Assembly (NCBI GenBank): GCA_965235115.1
Contig: OZ249436.1
Span: 5,086,001 to 5,150,000 of the forward strand
Origin: Laetmonice hystrix
Lineage: Eukaryota
DNA length: 64,000 bases
Reading direction: 5' to 3'
Shown: piece by piece, positions 1-28,787 of the stretch
How positions within the stretch are numbered: the stretch's first letter is position 1
How the letters are laid out: every line of letters starts with the position of its first letter
Position numbers and translations under genes: made by a program
Notes under the pieces: generated by a model
Database searches by the model: none
Seen by the model: the letters and a program-made list of their open reading frames with translations, nothing else
What the model was told of the DNA's origin: nothing

Positions 1-704
1 TGTATAGGGGCCTACCACTTAGACAATACAAATTCAGCACAAAACGCAACAATGGACCCCTTATAATGATGGCTGAACACTTAAAAGCCACATAAAAATA
101 TCACGTGTACCGGGGATATACCGTTTTTTACTTCACTAAAGATATTTTCCCTTAAATGGCTGCATTCCAAACGTGTGACCAGCCTTCCATTGTGGACAAC
201 GGACATGATCCTGGCACTCAGCATTCAATGGAGGTCTTGAAATATTGCTGAAAAAAAAAATACATTACAAAATCGCAGTCACAAAAAAACACTATAATGA
301 CATATTTTCAGGATTCTAACTCCTAACATAAATAGTTTAATAGCAATGTTTCAAATTCTATGAAATTAACATGTATACGTTTGCAGGGCTCGAATTTTAA
401 TTTTTTTTAGGGCAAGGTAAGTATATGCTGTTGTCTAAGCAGAAATTTTAGGGCACCAAAGCAAGTTTCGGGGGCCACCAAGGCAAACATTTCCTGGTGA
501 AAAGGATATTATCATCTCACTTAAGACCACACATTTTCATGTTCCATAATGAGGTTTCAGGGTAATTGGTGTAGGTGTTCGCTTATACATGTTCTACTAC
601 CGGGGTATTAAAGACACATGAATAGGTGATTCAGTAAGTAATCAATGCAGCAGCCTAGCACTTTTATTATGGGACAAAGAACAAATCCTCACCTGCACCA
701 AAGT

Positions 705-1772
705 TTACATTCCGTTGCCTTCTAAGTAATCAGCTATAGCTCCAACACCTTTAGATACATTGCCAGCTTGTTTACCTTCAGGAAAGTGGGCAATAACCAC
801 AGCTGCAAACAGAAGCAACTATGTATAACTATTTATTGTATCAATAACTGTTAAACGAAACAAATAACTCATCAGGGATGTTAAAATTATCAAAGAATTT
901 AAACCCCATAACCCAGATTTACAAGTGTTATTTTCTTTTATAATATTCTTTTATTAACTACCTTTTTTTGTTCGTTGCATAGCTACACCTCCTTCATCTT
1001 TTTGCTTGAAGAATGCCATCTTTTCATCAGCACGGACACACTTGAATTTACAGTTCTTGACTCGTATGCCATTGGCTAACATGTTGTTATGAGTTTCATC
1101 CACCATGTCCTCGGCTATCTTCTTTGCCTCAGCTGGGGTTAACGCCAGTGCCTTTTGAAAATATGAATTAGGGGTTCACAGGTGTGAAATTTTGTCTGGC
1201 ACATAATATTAAGAACAGGTTCTGGAACAGACTGGAACATTCTAAGCTTTACCTTTCCGAGAAATGCAAAGTGGTTTTTACATGGAGAGCTAAATTGATT
1301 TGTCATTGCTTTTCTAAATGCTCATGAATATGAACCAGTTTAGTGCAACAGTTTACATTTAGTCACTTCCATTTACAAAGGATTAAAGCTTGTATTATAC
1401 TCTCTCTGAGTGAAAGTATTCTCTCGATCATGAGATCAGGTCTCAATGTATAAATATCATCACAGGACTGTGAGCCAATAAGTTCTACCAGATATGGCTG
1501 ATCATTCATATCCAGTGTTCAAAATTCACACTGACTTAAAAAGGGTTGATTCAGAAAATGCTGCAAACCTTTATGAATGGATTGAGCTGGTGTGGTTTCT
1601 TAAACCCCCTCTTGGGGACGAATGAACTGTATTATTTTAGGTTAAAGTGTATTCTTACACAGCGATGGTTATCTGATGTCCATTTCACTCCATCCAAGCC
1701 AATAATGCAGACAGAACTTGCATGGTTGTCAGAGGCAGCTATAACACGGTCTATATACTCATCCCACGACAT
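705..1772 (-). CDS. PFN: Profilin, 3 coding exons, 133 aa
   Basis: Exons 1772-1659, 1151-962 and 802-705 with GT-AG introns join in frame: MSWDEYIDRVIAASDNHASSVCIIGLDGVKWTSDNHRC|ALALTPAEAKKIA...NGIRVKNCKFKCVRADEKMAFFKQKDEGGVAMQRTKK|AVVIAHFPEGKQAGNVSKGVGAIADYLEGNGM*. The MSW.xY start, IIGLDG..W and the ADYL C-terminal helix are profilin hallmarks. Absent from the ORF track. Confidence 0.93.
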
Positions 1773-3479
1773 GACTTGTCAATTTTACAACCTGAAAATA
1801 AAAGTTCAGTGTCCTAATCTTTCACTTAAGACAAGAAATCAAAAGATGTAACAAGGACAAACATTTGCTCACCTCACTTTTCCTGAAACATCATGTACTT
1901 TAAATACAAATCACACTTATACCGTTGACACACCAACGCTCCAATCTGCTTTAAATCGCTTCAAATCGCATTGATACGGTTCATGACACACCTGCTTGAT
2001 CAACTCTGAGTGGGCAATGATAGTTGACATAATCCTCGCGCTCTTCAGTGTGGAGTTGCAAATTTCACACTTAAGAGCGCGAGGACGTTCCAAGTATTGT
2101 GGTACAATTCTGGACAACCAGAAATTCCTGCGGACAACCATGATTCCATATGTATGGGTTGTCCGGCAGACAACCCAAGAAAAGATTCTTAAATTGAACG
2201 CTGCAAAGTCACCCCTACTGGGATATCAAAAGCCAGGCATATTAGATGTCTATGCATACACTTTTCAAAAAAGATGATCCTGGGGCTAGGGCCTTCATCT
2301 ACTTAGCTAGTTTTGACAAGTCATGATAGTCGTCGTTGTTTGTATAACGTAATGCCCACCGCACACTAGTATACGATTTTCTTTTGATCCGATCGTATTC
2401 TGGGGCTTAAGACCCGTTTATGACTTGCTTATGACTCGCATATGACTCGCCTACGACGATTGGAAGAGGTCTTATGACTAGAGGCGTATAGTGTGCGGGG
2501 CCGTGTGATTTGCCGCCGACTGGGAATCGTATAGTGTGTGGCAGGCATCAGAATCTGGGCAGTGGTTATGCTGCTGGCGTATGGATGGGTCATGTGACTG
2601 CAATACTGGATTCTTATTGGATGAGGTCTGATGGCAGAATAGCGGATCTAATTAGTTCCCAATTTAGGGTGGCCCCAATCGGAATGACGAATGACATGGA
2701 ATAACGAATGACCAAACAAATTCAGGCACGGATCCAGAGGGGGGGGGGGGCGCTCGTGACCCCCCCTGCTCTCATCCATTCCCCATCTCTTTCCAATAAA
2801 CATGCATTAATCAGTGGGGAATCCAGGATTTTGATAAGGGGGTTGGGCTCACCTAAAAGAATTTTTTTGCCTCGCTATGCTCGGCATGATTTCCTTGTGG
2901 CTGTACTAAGGCATCTTCATAAAAAAAGAGAAAAATCTGAGGGGGCTGAGCCCTCTCTGGATCCCGACTAATACATTAATTTTGACCAAAAGGTCAGCAC
3001 CGAAAGCTCTTCAGTTTGATGCTGAGAAGCCGGGAAATAGCATCTAATATGATCTATGGCCTTTTATATTCTGAAACATTTTCAGTCGGAGGCCCCCCCC
3101 CTTGGCGTGGGAACCTTCTGACCCCCCCCCCCTGCAAAAAATCCTGGAACTGCCCCTGCAATTTGCTGCTTCCTTGTCATTCAATTGACACTATTCAGGG
3201 GCCCGTCTTACTAAGCCGGTGTCGCGGTCTGTTTTCTCCGCGGTCTGAAATCTCCGGGAGGTTGGCTGCAGAGTCTTGTGTATTAGTATCGTTCTCGGTA
3301 AACTATCCGAGATATCAGGCCTGGATGGAGTCTCACGTAATAACCCTTTTCTCCTCCGTCAGTTTTGGTCCACAATTTGCCTATCCAAGCTGTCGTTTAT
3401 TACTGTTTGGAAGAAAACTCCAGCACCCATCAGCTAGCGGACGACCGGAGGTGTGAGGCCAAACTGCGACACGTGCGTG

Positions 3480-3840
3480 CTCACCCCGTCTGGGTCGGCC
3501 TCTAAACAATAGGAAACCATGCACCTGGAGAATACAGACCGCCGGAGAAAACAGACCGTGACACCGGCGACGTCGCCCGTCAAAATGTCGCCAACTTTAA
3601 AGCAATGGGGCACGTTGCCAGAACGGGCGATGTATTACCTTATATGGGCCGGTGACGTCCCATTTGGCGACGTCACCGGCTTAGTAAGAGAGGCCCTAGC
3701 CTACGTAGTAAGCCTTGTGCCGAGCCAACAAGGCTTACAGGCAATGGCTTAAATTCCTGGCGGGCCAGACCACACCCAGGCCAGACCACCACCGCTTGCA
3801 CTGATCAACTCACCGGCATCCATTTATCTCGACAGTAAGT
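3480..3840. promoter_or_regulatory. CpG-rich putative bidirectional promoter between profilin and PTEN
   Basis: Perfect CArG box CCTTATATGG at 3638-3647; inverted CRE-like pair GCCGGTGACGTC/GACGTCACCGGC at 3648-3680; outward-facing donor-like sites (minus-strand GTGAGC near 3484, plus-strand GTAAGT at 3835). Confidence 0.5.
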
Positions 3841-6800
3841 GTGTGGGGTCATGAAGCAGTGTTTTTAATAGTACAACGTCAAATTCATGTCTAGATCATC
3901 CGTTTAACAGCGTTTTACCGGCCGCCATGTTGCCTTTGATCCCAGCATGCATCTCTCCGACGCACTCTCCTACGCAGAGTCTCGCTTACTACTGTGTGAA
4001 GCGAAAGCGAAGCGGAAGTAGCTCTGCGTTGGAGGGTGTCTCCGACGGTAATGGCGGCACTCAACGAGCATTGAAATTTCTCGGTTCAAGAGATGTGACT
4101 GTCTTTATTTTGTCGCATCGTGCTTTTCCAGCTTGCAGATATGAGAGATAAGTTATTTTGAGTTTATTCATCACTTTTTCATCAACATATAGAGACAAGG
4201 GAGGGCTTTTCATGGCAGACAGAAGATTTGTCCGGGTACGCTCGGAAATTCTGAACAGCGATCTTCGGCTCTGTACAGAGCACAGAGCCGAATTCTTTGG
4301 CTAGAGAGGCCCCAGAATGACAAGGGAGCAGTCCTTAGGCTTATGCCATTTCTTTTTTGTCATTCGTTATTCCATGACATGTCATTTGTCATTCTGATTA
4401 GTCTGGGGGTCCCCTAATTTATTGATAGGCCTAACAATTTTGGTACTAAACTATCACTAACCCTAGGCCTAACCTCAACTCTAACCCAAACAGGGTATTG
4501 TGTCGTGTCGGTAATAGATCGAGGCTAAGTCAAACCACAGTGGTCAAACTAATTTATTTATTCTGCCGTCTGACGGCAGAATAACGGTCTCAGAATAACC
4601 ACTGCGGTAGTATAATTTCTAGATCTAGAAGTAGAACTATCGTTTTGATTTGATCTGATTTGATTTTGTTTTGATCTATCCTACCCGAGTTAATGAGCCA
4701 TAAGCCATACCTATTTAGAACAATAATCTTCATGTATAAATAGTCGCAAGCAATTAAAAAAGAGCTAGATTTGGGTAGTACACATACCGATTTTACAACA
4801 ATCACACCGGTCCAGCGTTTCCGTGTGGCTTTCCCGTGTTTGACGAAAATTGTGGCGATGAAAAGTTTAGTGACATAGCCCTCTGCGCCATCTATCGGAG
4901 GAGATAGGAAGTGACAGGCGCTAGATGGCAGCACCGAGTCGTGCAGGTCATTGCCCGGGGGAGGGGGGGGGGGGACACGTGGTCATTTGATAATTTTGTA
5001 AATTTGTTGAACGCGAGAATAATATTCCATGGTAGAGCCTATCCAAAGGAGGCACATAGTCATAGACCTAATTAGGCCTATCATAGGGGCTATTGAATCA
5101 TAGATCGACTCACTTATCATATGACCTAGGCTATATGCCTATATGTTTATAGGTCTAATAAATTAACTTGAGCTAAATTTTGTTGTTTTAACCAAGAACC
5201 GAGAAATTGGAACCAATAGAGGGTCTAAGTTGGTCATTGCGGGTCACCCATCACATTGGTTGTAATTCACAACCAATGTGATTGGTTACTGGATAACCGT
5301 CTGCCCCTGCTTTCTTTGACTAACACTGGGGGATCCAGGGGGGGGGGGGGCAAGGGGCCCGGCCTCCCTCCCTTAAATTTTCCTTTTCCACGCTTTTTTT
5401 TAAGAAGATGCATTATTCGGACCCTGAAACTAGTATTCCAACAAATTTCTTTTAAAAAAGCCTTCTATATTAATAATATTATACGTGATAGTAACATCAG
5501 GCCCAAAGGGGCCTCCTCAGTCATCCATGAGCAACATAACTCTGGGCCATTGCGCATTGAAATAGATCAAAAGGGGCTTAACATGGCTATAAGTGCAATA
5601 AAATCATGCCGAGCGTAGCGAGGCTAAAAAAATTTTTCAGGTGGGCCCCCCCTTATCAAAATCCCGGATCCCCCACTGCTATAATAATAGACCCCTACCG
5701 GTGTCATAGCCAAAACCTGTGAGAGCCGGCTAATGCGACCGTGGGCAGAAATTGACAATTATATGAATAGGCCTATGTAAGTCTTTGTGAGAGTGACAAG
5801 AGTGGAATGCCATGTCAAACAGGGGCTTAATTAGGCCTATGAAGTGTGATTTGTAGCCTATCATGCCAGTTTGCATTTTCCTCGAATGGACCTGTCTAAA
5901 ATCATCTGAACTAAAATATCCAGATGTTTGTTTCTCGCTTATCATAATTTTATTAGTGCAGTGTAGGCCTTTTCTTGGTTAATTGGTTAGGTCTACAAAT
6001 AGTTAGTTATTAAATTAACTAATCAGGATTGGTTGTTTCAACCAAAGTATTGGTGGGACTCATTCCAGCAAACAAAATTGGTTAAATTTAACCAATATTT
6101 TGGTTAGATTAACCAATTTTTTAGAGTGTATATTAACTCATTGGTAGAAACGTTTGAACTTTTAAATAAAACCTGCTGTTTGAACTCACCAGTCCATAGT
6201 AAGTTTGATCATCGTTTAAATTATCCCCATGTATACTACATTAATCAATGTAGGCCTATAATTTTGGTTAATTTTCTAACCAATATGGATTGGTTGATTT
6301 AACCAATTCGTTTTTTTTGGGGGGGGGGGGGTGCAAGGGGGAGGGGATACACTTTCTGGTTTTATGCCAAATATGACAAATCTAATAGATTAAGGAAATT
6401 AAAGCCCCCCGCCCACTCCGGGCCTAACCTACAAGCTTTATAGGCCTACTTTACCGACGGAGGTAGGAGGTCGACTGGACTTGTGCCCCCCCCCCGACTT
6501 GTGCCCCCCCCCCCCCACCACCACCACCACTAACACCAGTCCACCAAAGTGGGGGCACCTGCACCAGCACCAGCACCACTTCCGACACAGGCCTAACCGA
6601 GTTCCTCCGCCAACAAAGTGATGCAGTGTACTATTACTCCGCTCTTGCGGCGGCTTGAAATTACTAATACAAGAGTGTGAGTCCCTTGCAATAGGCTATA
6701 CCACGTACTTATCAGACACATTCCATCCCAAGTAATAGGAAATGATTGTATTTGATACTAAAGACAGTTACAACTCCGGCCTATATTAGAACTATTTTCT

Positions 6801-6984
6801 ACAGTGCCCGGGACTAGGTTCTGACTTCAGGAAGCCGCCATATGCATGATGCGTACGGTTGGCCGTCAATGTGTTTATAAATTCAGAGTGACGCTATTAC
6901 CCTTGGATGCACAGAGGAGGTCTTATAGACCATCTTCGAATGGATAAATACGTCATCTTTTCCTCATACACAGGCATATTTGAG

Positions 6985-7045
6985 TGACGGGATTGGGCGG
7001 ACGACAGTTGCACAGCGACTGCCATTGGCGTGATTGGGAGGTCTT
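6985..7045 (+). promoter_or_regulatory. Cluster of three inverted CCAAT boxes (ATTGG) and a GC-box-like motif just upstream of the PTEN ATG
   Basis: GGGATTGGGCGG, GCCATTGGCG and GTGATTGGGA lie within about 55 bp, 70-130 bp upstream of the ATG at 7116. Confidence 0.4.
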
Positions 7046-7115
7046 GCCTGGCCCGGCCCACTGCCTGGCTGGCACTGGCGTTGCTAGACTAGAGTGAGGT
7101 CTCATTTCAGTGATC

Positions 7116-22352
<15,237 letters not shown>

Positions 22353-22435
22353 CCACTGGCCTCAGATATCTTGTCTAAGCAGCCACTTGCCTGGTAACTT
22401 AACCATTGCGACTGTCGGGCAGGTATCACTGGGCC

Positions 22436-23720
22436 AGTGACTGCCAGGCTGCTGACTGCCAGGCTGGTGACTGCTGACACAGTGACTGCCAGGCTGGTGA
22501 CCACTGACCCAGTGACTGCCAGGCTGGTGACTGCTGACCCAGTGACTGCCAGGCTGGTGACCGCTGAGTCAGTGACTGCCAGGCTGGTGACCGCTGAGTC
22601 AGTGACTGCCAGGCTGGTGACCGCTGAGTCAGTGACTGCCAGGCTGGTGACCGCTGAGTCAGTGACTGCCAGGCTGGTGACTGCTGAGTCGGTGACTGCC
22701 AGGCTGGTGACTGCTGACACAGTGACTGCCAGGCTGGTGACCACTGACCCAGTGACTGCCAGGCTGGTGACTGCTGACCCAGTGACTGCCAGGCTGGTGA
22801 CCGCTGAGTCAGTGACTGCCAGGCTGGTGACCGCTGAGTCAGTGACTGCCAGGCTTGTGACCGCTGACCCAGTGACTGCCAGGCTGGTGACTGCTGACCC
22901 AGTGACTGCCAGGCTGGTGACCGCTGAGTCAGTGACTGCCAGGCTGGTGACCACTGACCCAGTGACTGCCAGGCTGGTGACTGCTGACCCAGTGACTGCC
23001 AGGCTGGTGACCGCTGAGTCAGTGACTGCCAGGCTGGTGACCGCTGAGTCAGTGACTGCCAGGCTGGTGACTGCCAGGCTAGTGACTGCTGAGTCAGTGA
23101 CTCCCAGGCTGGTGACCGCTGAGTCAGTGACTGCCAGGCTGGTGATCGCTGACCCAGTGACTGCCAGGCTGGTGACTGCCAGGCTGGTGACCGCTGAGTC
23201 AGTGACTGCCAGGCTGGTGGCTGTCAGGCTGGTGACCGCTGACCCAGTGACTGCCAGGCTGGTGACCGCTGACCCAGTGACTGCCAGGCTTGTGACCGCT
23301 GACCCAGTGACTGCCAGGCTGGTGACCGCTGACCCAGTGACTGCCAGGCTGGTGACCGCTGACCCAGTGACTGCCAGGCTTGTGACCGCTGACCCAGTGA
23401 CTGCCAGGCTGGTGACCGCTGACCCAGTGACTGCCAGGCTGGTGACCGCTGACCCAGTGACTGCCAGGCTGGTGACCGCTGACCCAGTGACTGCCAGGCT
23501 GGTGACCGCTGACCCAGTGACTGCCAGGCTGGTGACCGCTGACCCAGTGACTGCCAGGCTGGTGACTGCTGACCAAGTGACTGCCAGGCTGGTGACCGCT
23601 GACCCAGTGACTGCCAGGCTGGTGGCTGCCAGGCTGGTTACCGCTGAGTCAGTGACTGCCAGGCTGGTGACCGCTGACCCAGTGACTGCCAGGATGGTGA
23701 CAGCTAGGCCAGTGATTGCC
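22436..23720. repeat. 30-bp minisatellite made of two 15-bp subunits, about 42 units, immediately 3' of the PTEN stop
   Basis: Unit GTGACTGCCAGGCTG-GTGACCGCTGA(GT/CC)CA. It accounts for the ORFs 22437-23804 (+) and 22262-23950 (-). Confidence 0.97.
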
Positions 23721-26700
23721 AGAGAACATCTGGACGGGGCTGGTGTCTGCCAGATTGGTGTAACTGTTAAGTTTGGCTGGACTGGTCTGGTCGTGAAGTC
23801 GTGAGGCCCGTTATTTTTACGCTGATGACCACTTGGCGAATGATTACTAGGCTGGTGACCACTGCATGGGCCAGTGACTGTTTGACAGGTGACCACTGCA
23901 TGGGCCAGTGACTGTTTGACAGGTGACCACTGGGCTGGGTTGGTGACCATTGGGATGTTCTGGCCGGCCCGCCCTTACACGCACAGACGCACCGTGCCAA
24001 CCATCATAACTCAACCAACAATTACCAAACTGCTCATAATGATATGCCTATTTGACTATCTGCCCACCGGTAAAGGTACCTACTTGTTGGCCGGAGGAGC
24101 AGTTTAGAGACCAGGTGCTTAAGTGAACCTCATGTTGTTTGCCAGACGTGGATGGCAAGACGGTGTGTGTGCATCACTACGAGGGACAGTAGTCTCCACA
24201 CCGGTTTATTAGTTTGAACAAAGCAAACGTAACCACACAGTAATGCCTGCACACATATACCAGTATATGTGAGGGTATAGCAGTTGTCAGGTAGCTCAGG
24301 GTCAAGACAGACAGGTGCATACTATAGAAATTAGGTACCTGTGCAAGTAAAAACACATAGCCACACATATAATATGCCTAAATACTGGCGCACATACTTG
24401 TAAAATGCATACATTTAATATTCACATGCAGACAAGACAGATGCATGAAAGCATAGATTCTTACATATGTAACATACAATACATTCACAAGTCTAACACA
24501 CATATAGGGACACATACTTTCTTTCGTTTTATGCCAGGATTTTTTTCTGGCGACTTTCCATTTCGGATTAATGCCTTTCAGAATGCTACCGGACAACTCC
24601 TTTGTTGTTTGCTCCCGAATCGTGATGATTCTACGGGTGGCAAGGTTTGTTCAGAATGGTAGATTTAACTGAAAGTTGCCAGTTTGAGTTCTTGGCATGG
24701 TGCTGATGATTGATGTGTGTTGGTGGCCTTTGCAGTGTCTGCCTCACCATCTACCAGCTCTTAGGATATTTTACGGACTAGATTCCATTACATCACCATC
24801 AGTGCTCATCACCGTGGAAGTGCTTGCTCATCACTTACGGTAGCCATGTTAGTTCTTGAAACATGCCCACCAAACAGTCATTAAAATGTCACCCATATAT
24901 ATATATGTATATTGACAATATGGAGATGTATTCGTTCTTTATGTTTTGGCAGTTCTTGTTATTTTTTTGGTCGTTATGAAAGTAGAATCAGCCCGTACTT
25001 TTCCACATGCATGATGTCGCGTAGAACAAGGCGGTTTCTATGCTGGACCCAGTCTAAGTTCTTGCCAGGCAGGTTCTTGTAACATGTTATTTTGATGAAA
25101 GCGTTGATTTTGTAGCTATCTTTGAACAAAGAACTGCAGCATACAGAGTTGTGTTGTGGCGTCCTTGCTGAAGGCTGTTGTGTTGAGTGCCCTTCTCCAA
25201 GGGTAGGAAGACCTGGTCTTGGTGTTCCAGTAGAAGTTGTGAGCAGAAAGATGTCAAAGTTGAAGGCTTACACAGCTGAGAGTGGGGTCTCTGGTAGGAA
25301 ACGCGAAAAGGTGGCTAGTATCCTTAACAAGAGAGGTGTCTTGGTGTCAGCGTCAGACAGGGAGACCATGTACATAGAGCAGGAGGTTGAGAATGGCTCA
25401 GAGAATTCACACACCACTACTATCCTGACCACCATTGTCTACCACTGCCACCACAAACACCCAGACCATCTTCGGTCGGTTTAATAACCAGTAAATGTCC
25501 AGGATATGTACAGAATCTAGCAGAGGGTTATGTATCCAGTCCGGGTATTTGATAAGAACCCCAAACTGTCTAGCATTGATGTGGGTTTTCTTCATAACCA
25601 GAAGTTTTCTTCACCTCTATATTATGATGTCATTCACTGGGGGCATTATGGGCTATATTCAAAAGTCTGAGGGGTTGCGAAACTACTTTAAAAAAGTTCT
25701 TTTAACCTTTGCCTGGAGATCTGGAGTGGAAATGATGAGGAAAACTTTGGCCTCTCAGACAGATATGTGCGTACCTGTCCATGAAACATTGCGTCCTGTC
25801 CAGCATACATGTTAGTCACCTTTTTCGGAGGAGAAATTAAACAGAAAAGTGGAAGAAATTGGCATGTTCTCTTTATATTGACTGTCCCAGGCTGCAATGC
25901 CATTGTCTAAACTTGTGTCTCATTCACACACACATGCACACCCCAACATACACCAGCCAACACAGACTTGAGATCTTTTTAACACTTTCATTGACCTATG
26001 TTGCATGTATTGTAATACATTCAAACGCTGTTGAGGATTTCAGGCATCTGTCCTAAAGATAATGTATCTGTACCAATGGTATATAAATGATTTTTGGGCT
26101 AGCCATTCAAAAAAAAAAAAAAATTCGAAGAAGGGATTTGTATTATTGGATTGAATAATGTAATTTTTCAATGAATGAGTGGTCCCCTTTTTTCAGGTTT
26201 ATTTTGATTAGTAAATTCGTGAAATATTAACATTGTAGGCAATATGGTACTGCATGAAGCATGGATACGTAGATGGCAGACGGAAGTGTCTGTCTTTTAG
26301 TGAAACTGAAAGTGATCTAAAACAGCCACATTTATACATTAGTATGCGCCATTCTATGTGAGGACCTGCAGCGAGGAACTGCCCTTTGGCACTACATAAC
26401 ACAATAATGGCATTGACATTTTTCCAGAATGTGTTAAGACATTTCTAAATACACTGTTGATGGTTAAGTTATGCTGTGACACTTCTGTTATTGCACTTAT
26501 GTCGGACTTAAAACTTGCTGTTAGTAACAGCTTACATGTCTTCAGTTAAACTGTATGGGAACTTGACTAAACGTGAGCTAGTATCAATTTGCTGCTTTTT
26601 CGTTGTGTCCAGTCAGTGCTTGTCAGCGTTTTGAAGAAAGAACAGAATTTATTAAGTGTAAAAATAATGAAATTACTGAATGCCATGAAAGTAGAGCTTT

Positions 26701-27224
26701 TTCTTGGGTTGATTACCTCCTGACAAAGAGACGAGTTCCATGTGTTGCTGATGAGGCAAGAAGGAAAATTGTGTGGTATGACTGATCAGTTGGTGGACGG
26801 TGCGTTAAATCTATAGGCCTTAAACTAAATGTTAGCTTACACTGTCTGTACGAGGGGACAAAGATCTCCCCTCCTCATCCCACATTTTTGTTGACGTTTG
26901 GTCATCATGCTGATTTTGATGGGGGAAAACCCCCCGGGAACCCATAATATGTCGGTATGAACACTAAAGATGTTATTTATTTGTATTCCAGAGCAGCACA
27001 TGTTGTATAAGTCTTACCTGCATCAGTCACTCATTTGTCCAGCCAGGGTAGAGTAGTTGTAGCTACACACTTGTTAACAGACCTGTCGGCCATAAAGAAT
27101 GACATAGGGAAGGCTCCTTTCAACTGCCTTCGGTGACAAGGAAAAGAGAACAACAAAAAAGAACACATGTCAAATTGTTTTGTCAGAAGCTTTGGATGAT
27201 AGGAGCAGATATGTCCTCGCAACG

Positions 27225-27617
27225 ATTGCAGATGTTGCGACAATTGCAGATGTTGTGACATTTCCAGATGTTGCGACAATTGCAGATGTTGAGACAATTG
27301 CAGATGTTGAGACAATTCCAGATGTTGAGACAATTCCAGATGTTGCGACAATTGCAGATGTTGCGAAAATTGCAGATGTTGCGACAATTGCAGATGTTGC
27401 AACAATTGCAGATGTTGCGACAATTGCAGATGTTGAGACAATTGCAGATATTGCGACAATTGCAGATGTTGCAACAATTGCAGATTTGCAACAATTGCAG
27501 ATGTTGAGACAATTGCAGATGTTGAGACAATTGCAGATGTTGAGACAATTGCAGATGTTGAGACAATTGCAGATGTTGAGACAATTGCAGATGTTGAGAC
27601 AATTGCAGATGTTGCGA
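27225..27617. repeat. 18-bp minisatellite, about 21 copies
   Basis: Unit GACAATTGCAGATGTTG(C/A). Confidence 0.95.
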
Positions 27618-28678
27618 TTAACTGAATTGTCCTGTCAGTGTCCTCAGATTGTGCAAGTGACTAAACTAAACTGGTCTGTAAGTCAGTGTCAATCAAGGGT
27701 TGATTTTGGCCTGGCACTGAGCGCAGGAAATGCCTGTAGATGGCCTGTTATGCCATAGAACTGGTAGACTAACTGTGGGTTGTTGTGGCTACGCTCACAT
27801 GGCGTTACCATGAGTGCAGATGGAGGCTGGCAGTTTGTTACGTTTGAGTCCCCTTGTCGGGGAGCATTCAGAAAGAGTCATCAAGACGTACTGTTTGATC
27901 ACGTTATTGACAATGACGACCCACTAAAAGACGGTGTTCAGTATTCTCAACATGGCGAATACAAAGCTTGCTACACTAGCCACATGAATTAGTGATTATG
28001 ATTGTTAGATCTAGTTTCATTGGATTCACCTGATATGATTCCTAATGCTATGCCAGCAGCCGCTAAGGTCCGTAAGACTGTAGAGTGTGGAACGGTGATG
28101 AAGGGTTGGGCATGGACCACGTCTTGTTTACAGTAGCTGTGGCGAATCTTTTCAGTTGTATGTATCACTGTGTTCTAGAAAGTTACTGCTACTGTGCTAA
28201 CGTTGGGAGGGGTATGGGTTTACGTAGCGCACAATACATGTTAAAGTTGTTCACGTTTTGTTAGGAAGATCATGTACGGTTACTCGGGACTGTCAAGATT
28301 CAGGAGCGGATTATGTTGAGGGATAAACGTTTGGATCTCTGTTGCCCAATCTATGTGCATACAAGAGTGTACCAATGAATGCGATTGATTTCCTTACTCA
28401 CAGACATAGCCTAGTACATGTACACCTTTTGATACATATTTGACATGCCTGGAAAAAGACATCCCGTTACTCCCGTTTCTTTTATCAAACTTTCGTCAAG
28501 GCCTTCTCTCGAAGCTCGGCAATCTCAATACTGTGCTGAATGTATCTTTCAGAAAAACGAACTGACCTTTAGAAACAAGTGGGTTGTAATAAGGTAGTAT
28601 TGATAAGAAAATTCTCTATATTTTAGATGGGTCTCGGAGATGTTTTGGTTACAGACTGCTCCTGGACTAGTAACATAA

Positions 28679-28787
28679 GGACCATAATGGTTAAACTTGT
28701 TGAGGTGTACATCCGACGAGTTGATATGCTGGACCATAATGGTTAAACTTGTTGAGGTGTACATCCGACGAGTTGATATGCTGGACC
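28679..28787. repeat. Exact 52-bp tandem duplication
   Basis: GGACCATAATGGTTAAACTTGTTGAGGTGTACATCCGACGAGTTGATATGCT twice, followed by GGACC. Confidence 0.9.

Noticed and set aside
1917..2277. ORFs of 74 and 93 aa upstream of profilin
   Set aside because: No recognisable domain; the region contains short GGTTGTCC/GGACAACC inverted motifs suggesting a repeat remnant.
2708..5618. Short ORFs with poly-Gly or poly-Pro stretches (also at 7605, 11807 and 15013)
   Set aside because: They derive from G and C tracts inside MITE-like repeats.
27031..27758. Four overlapping ORFs (VATIAD, QHLQLS, NICNCR and LQMLRQ repeats)
   Set aside because: Artefacts of an 18-bp minisatellite; no splice or domain support.
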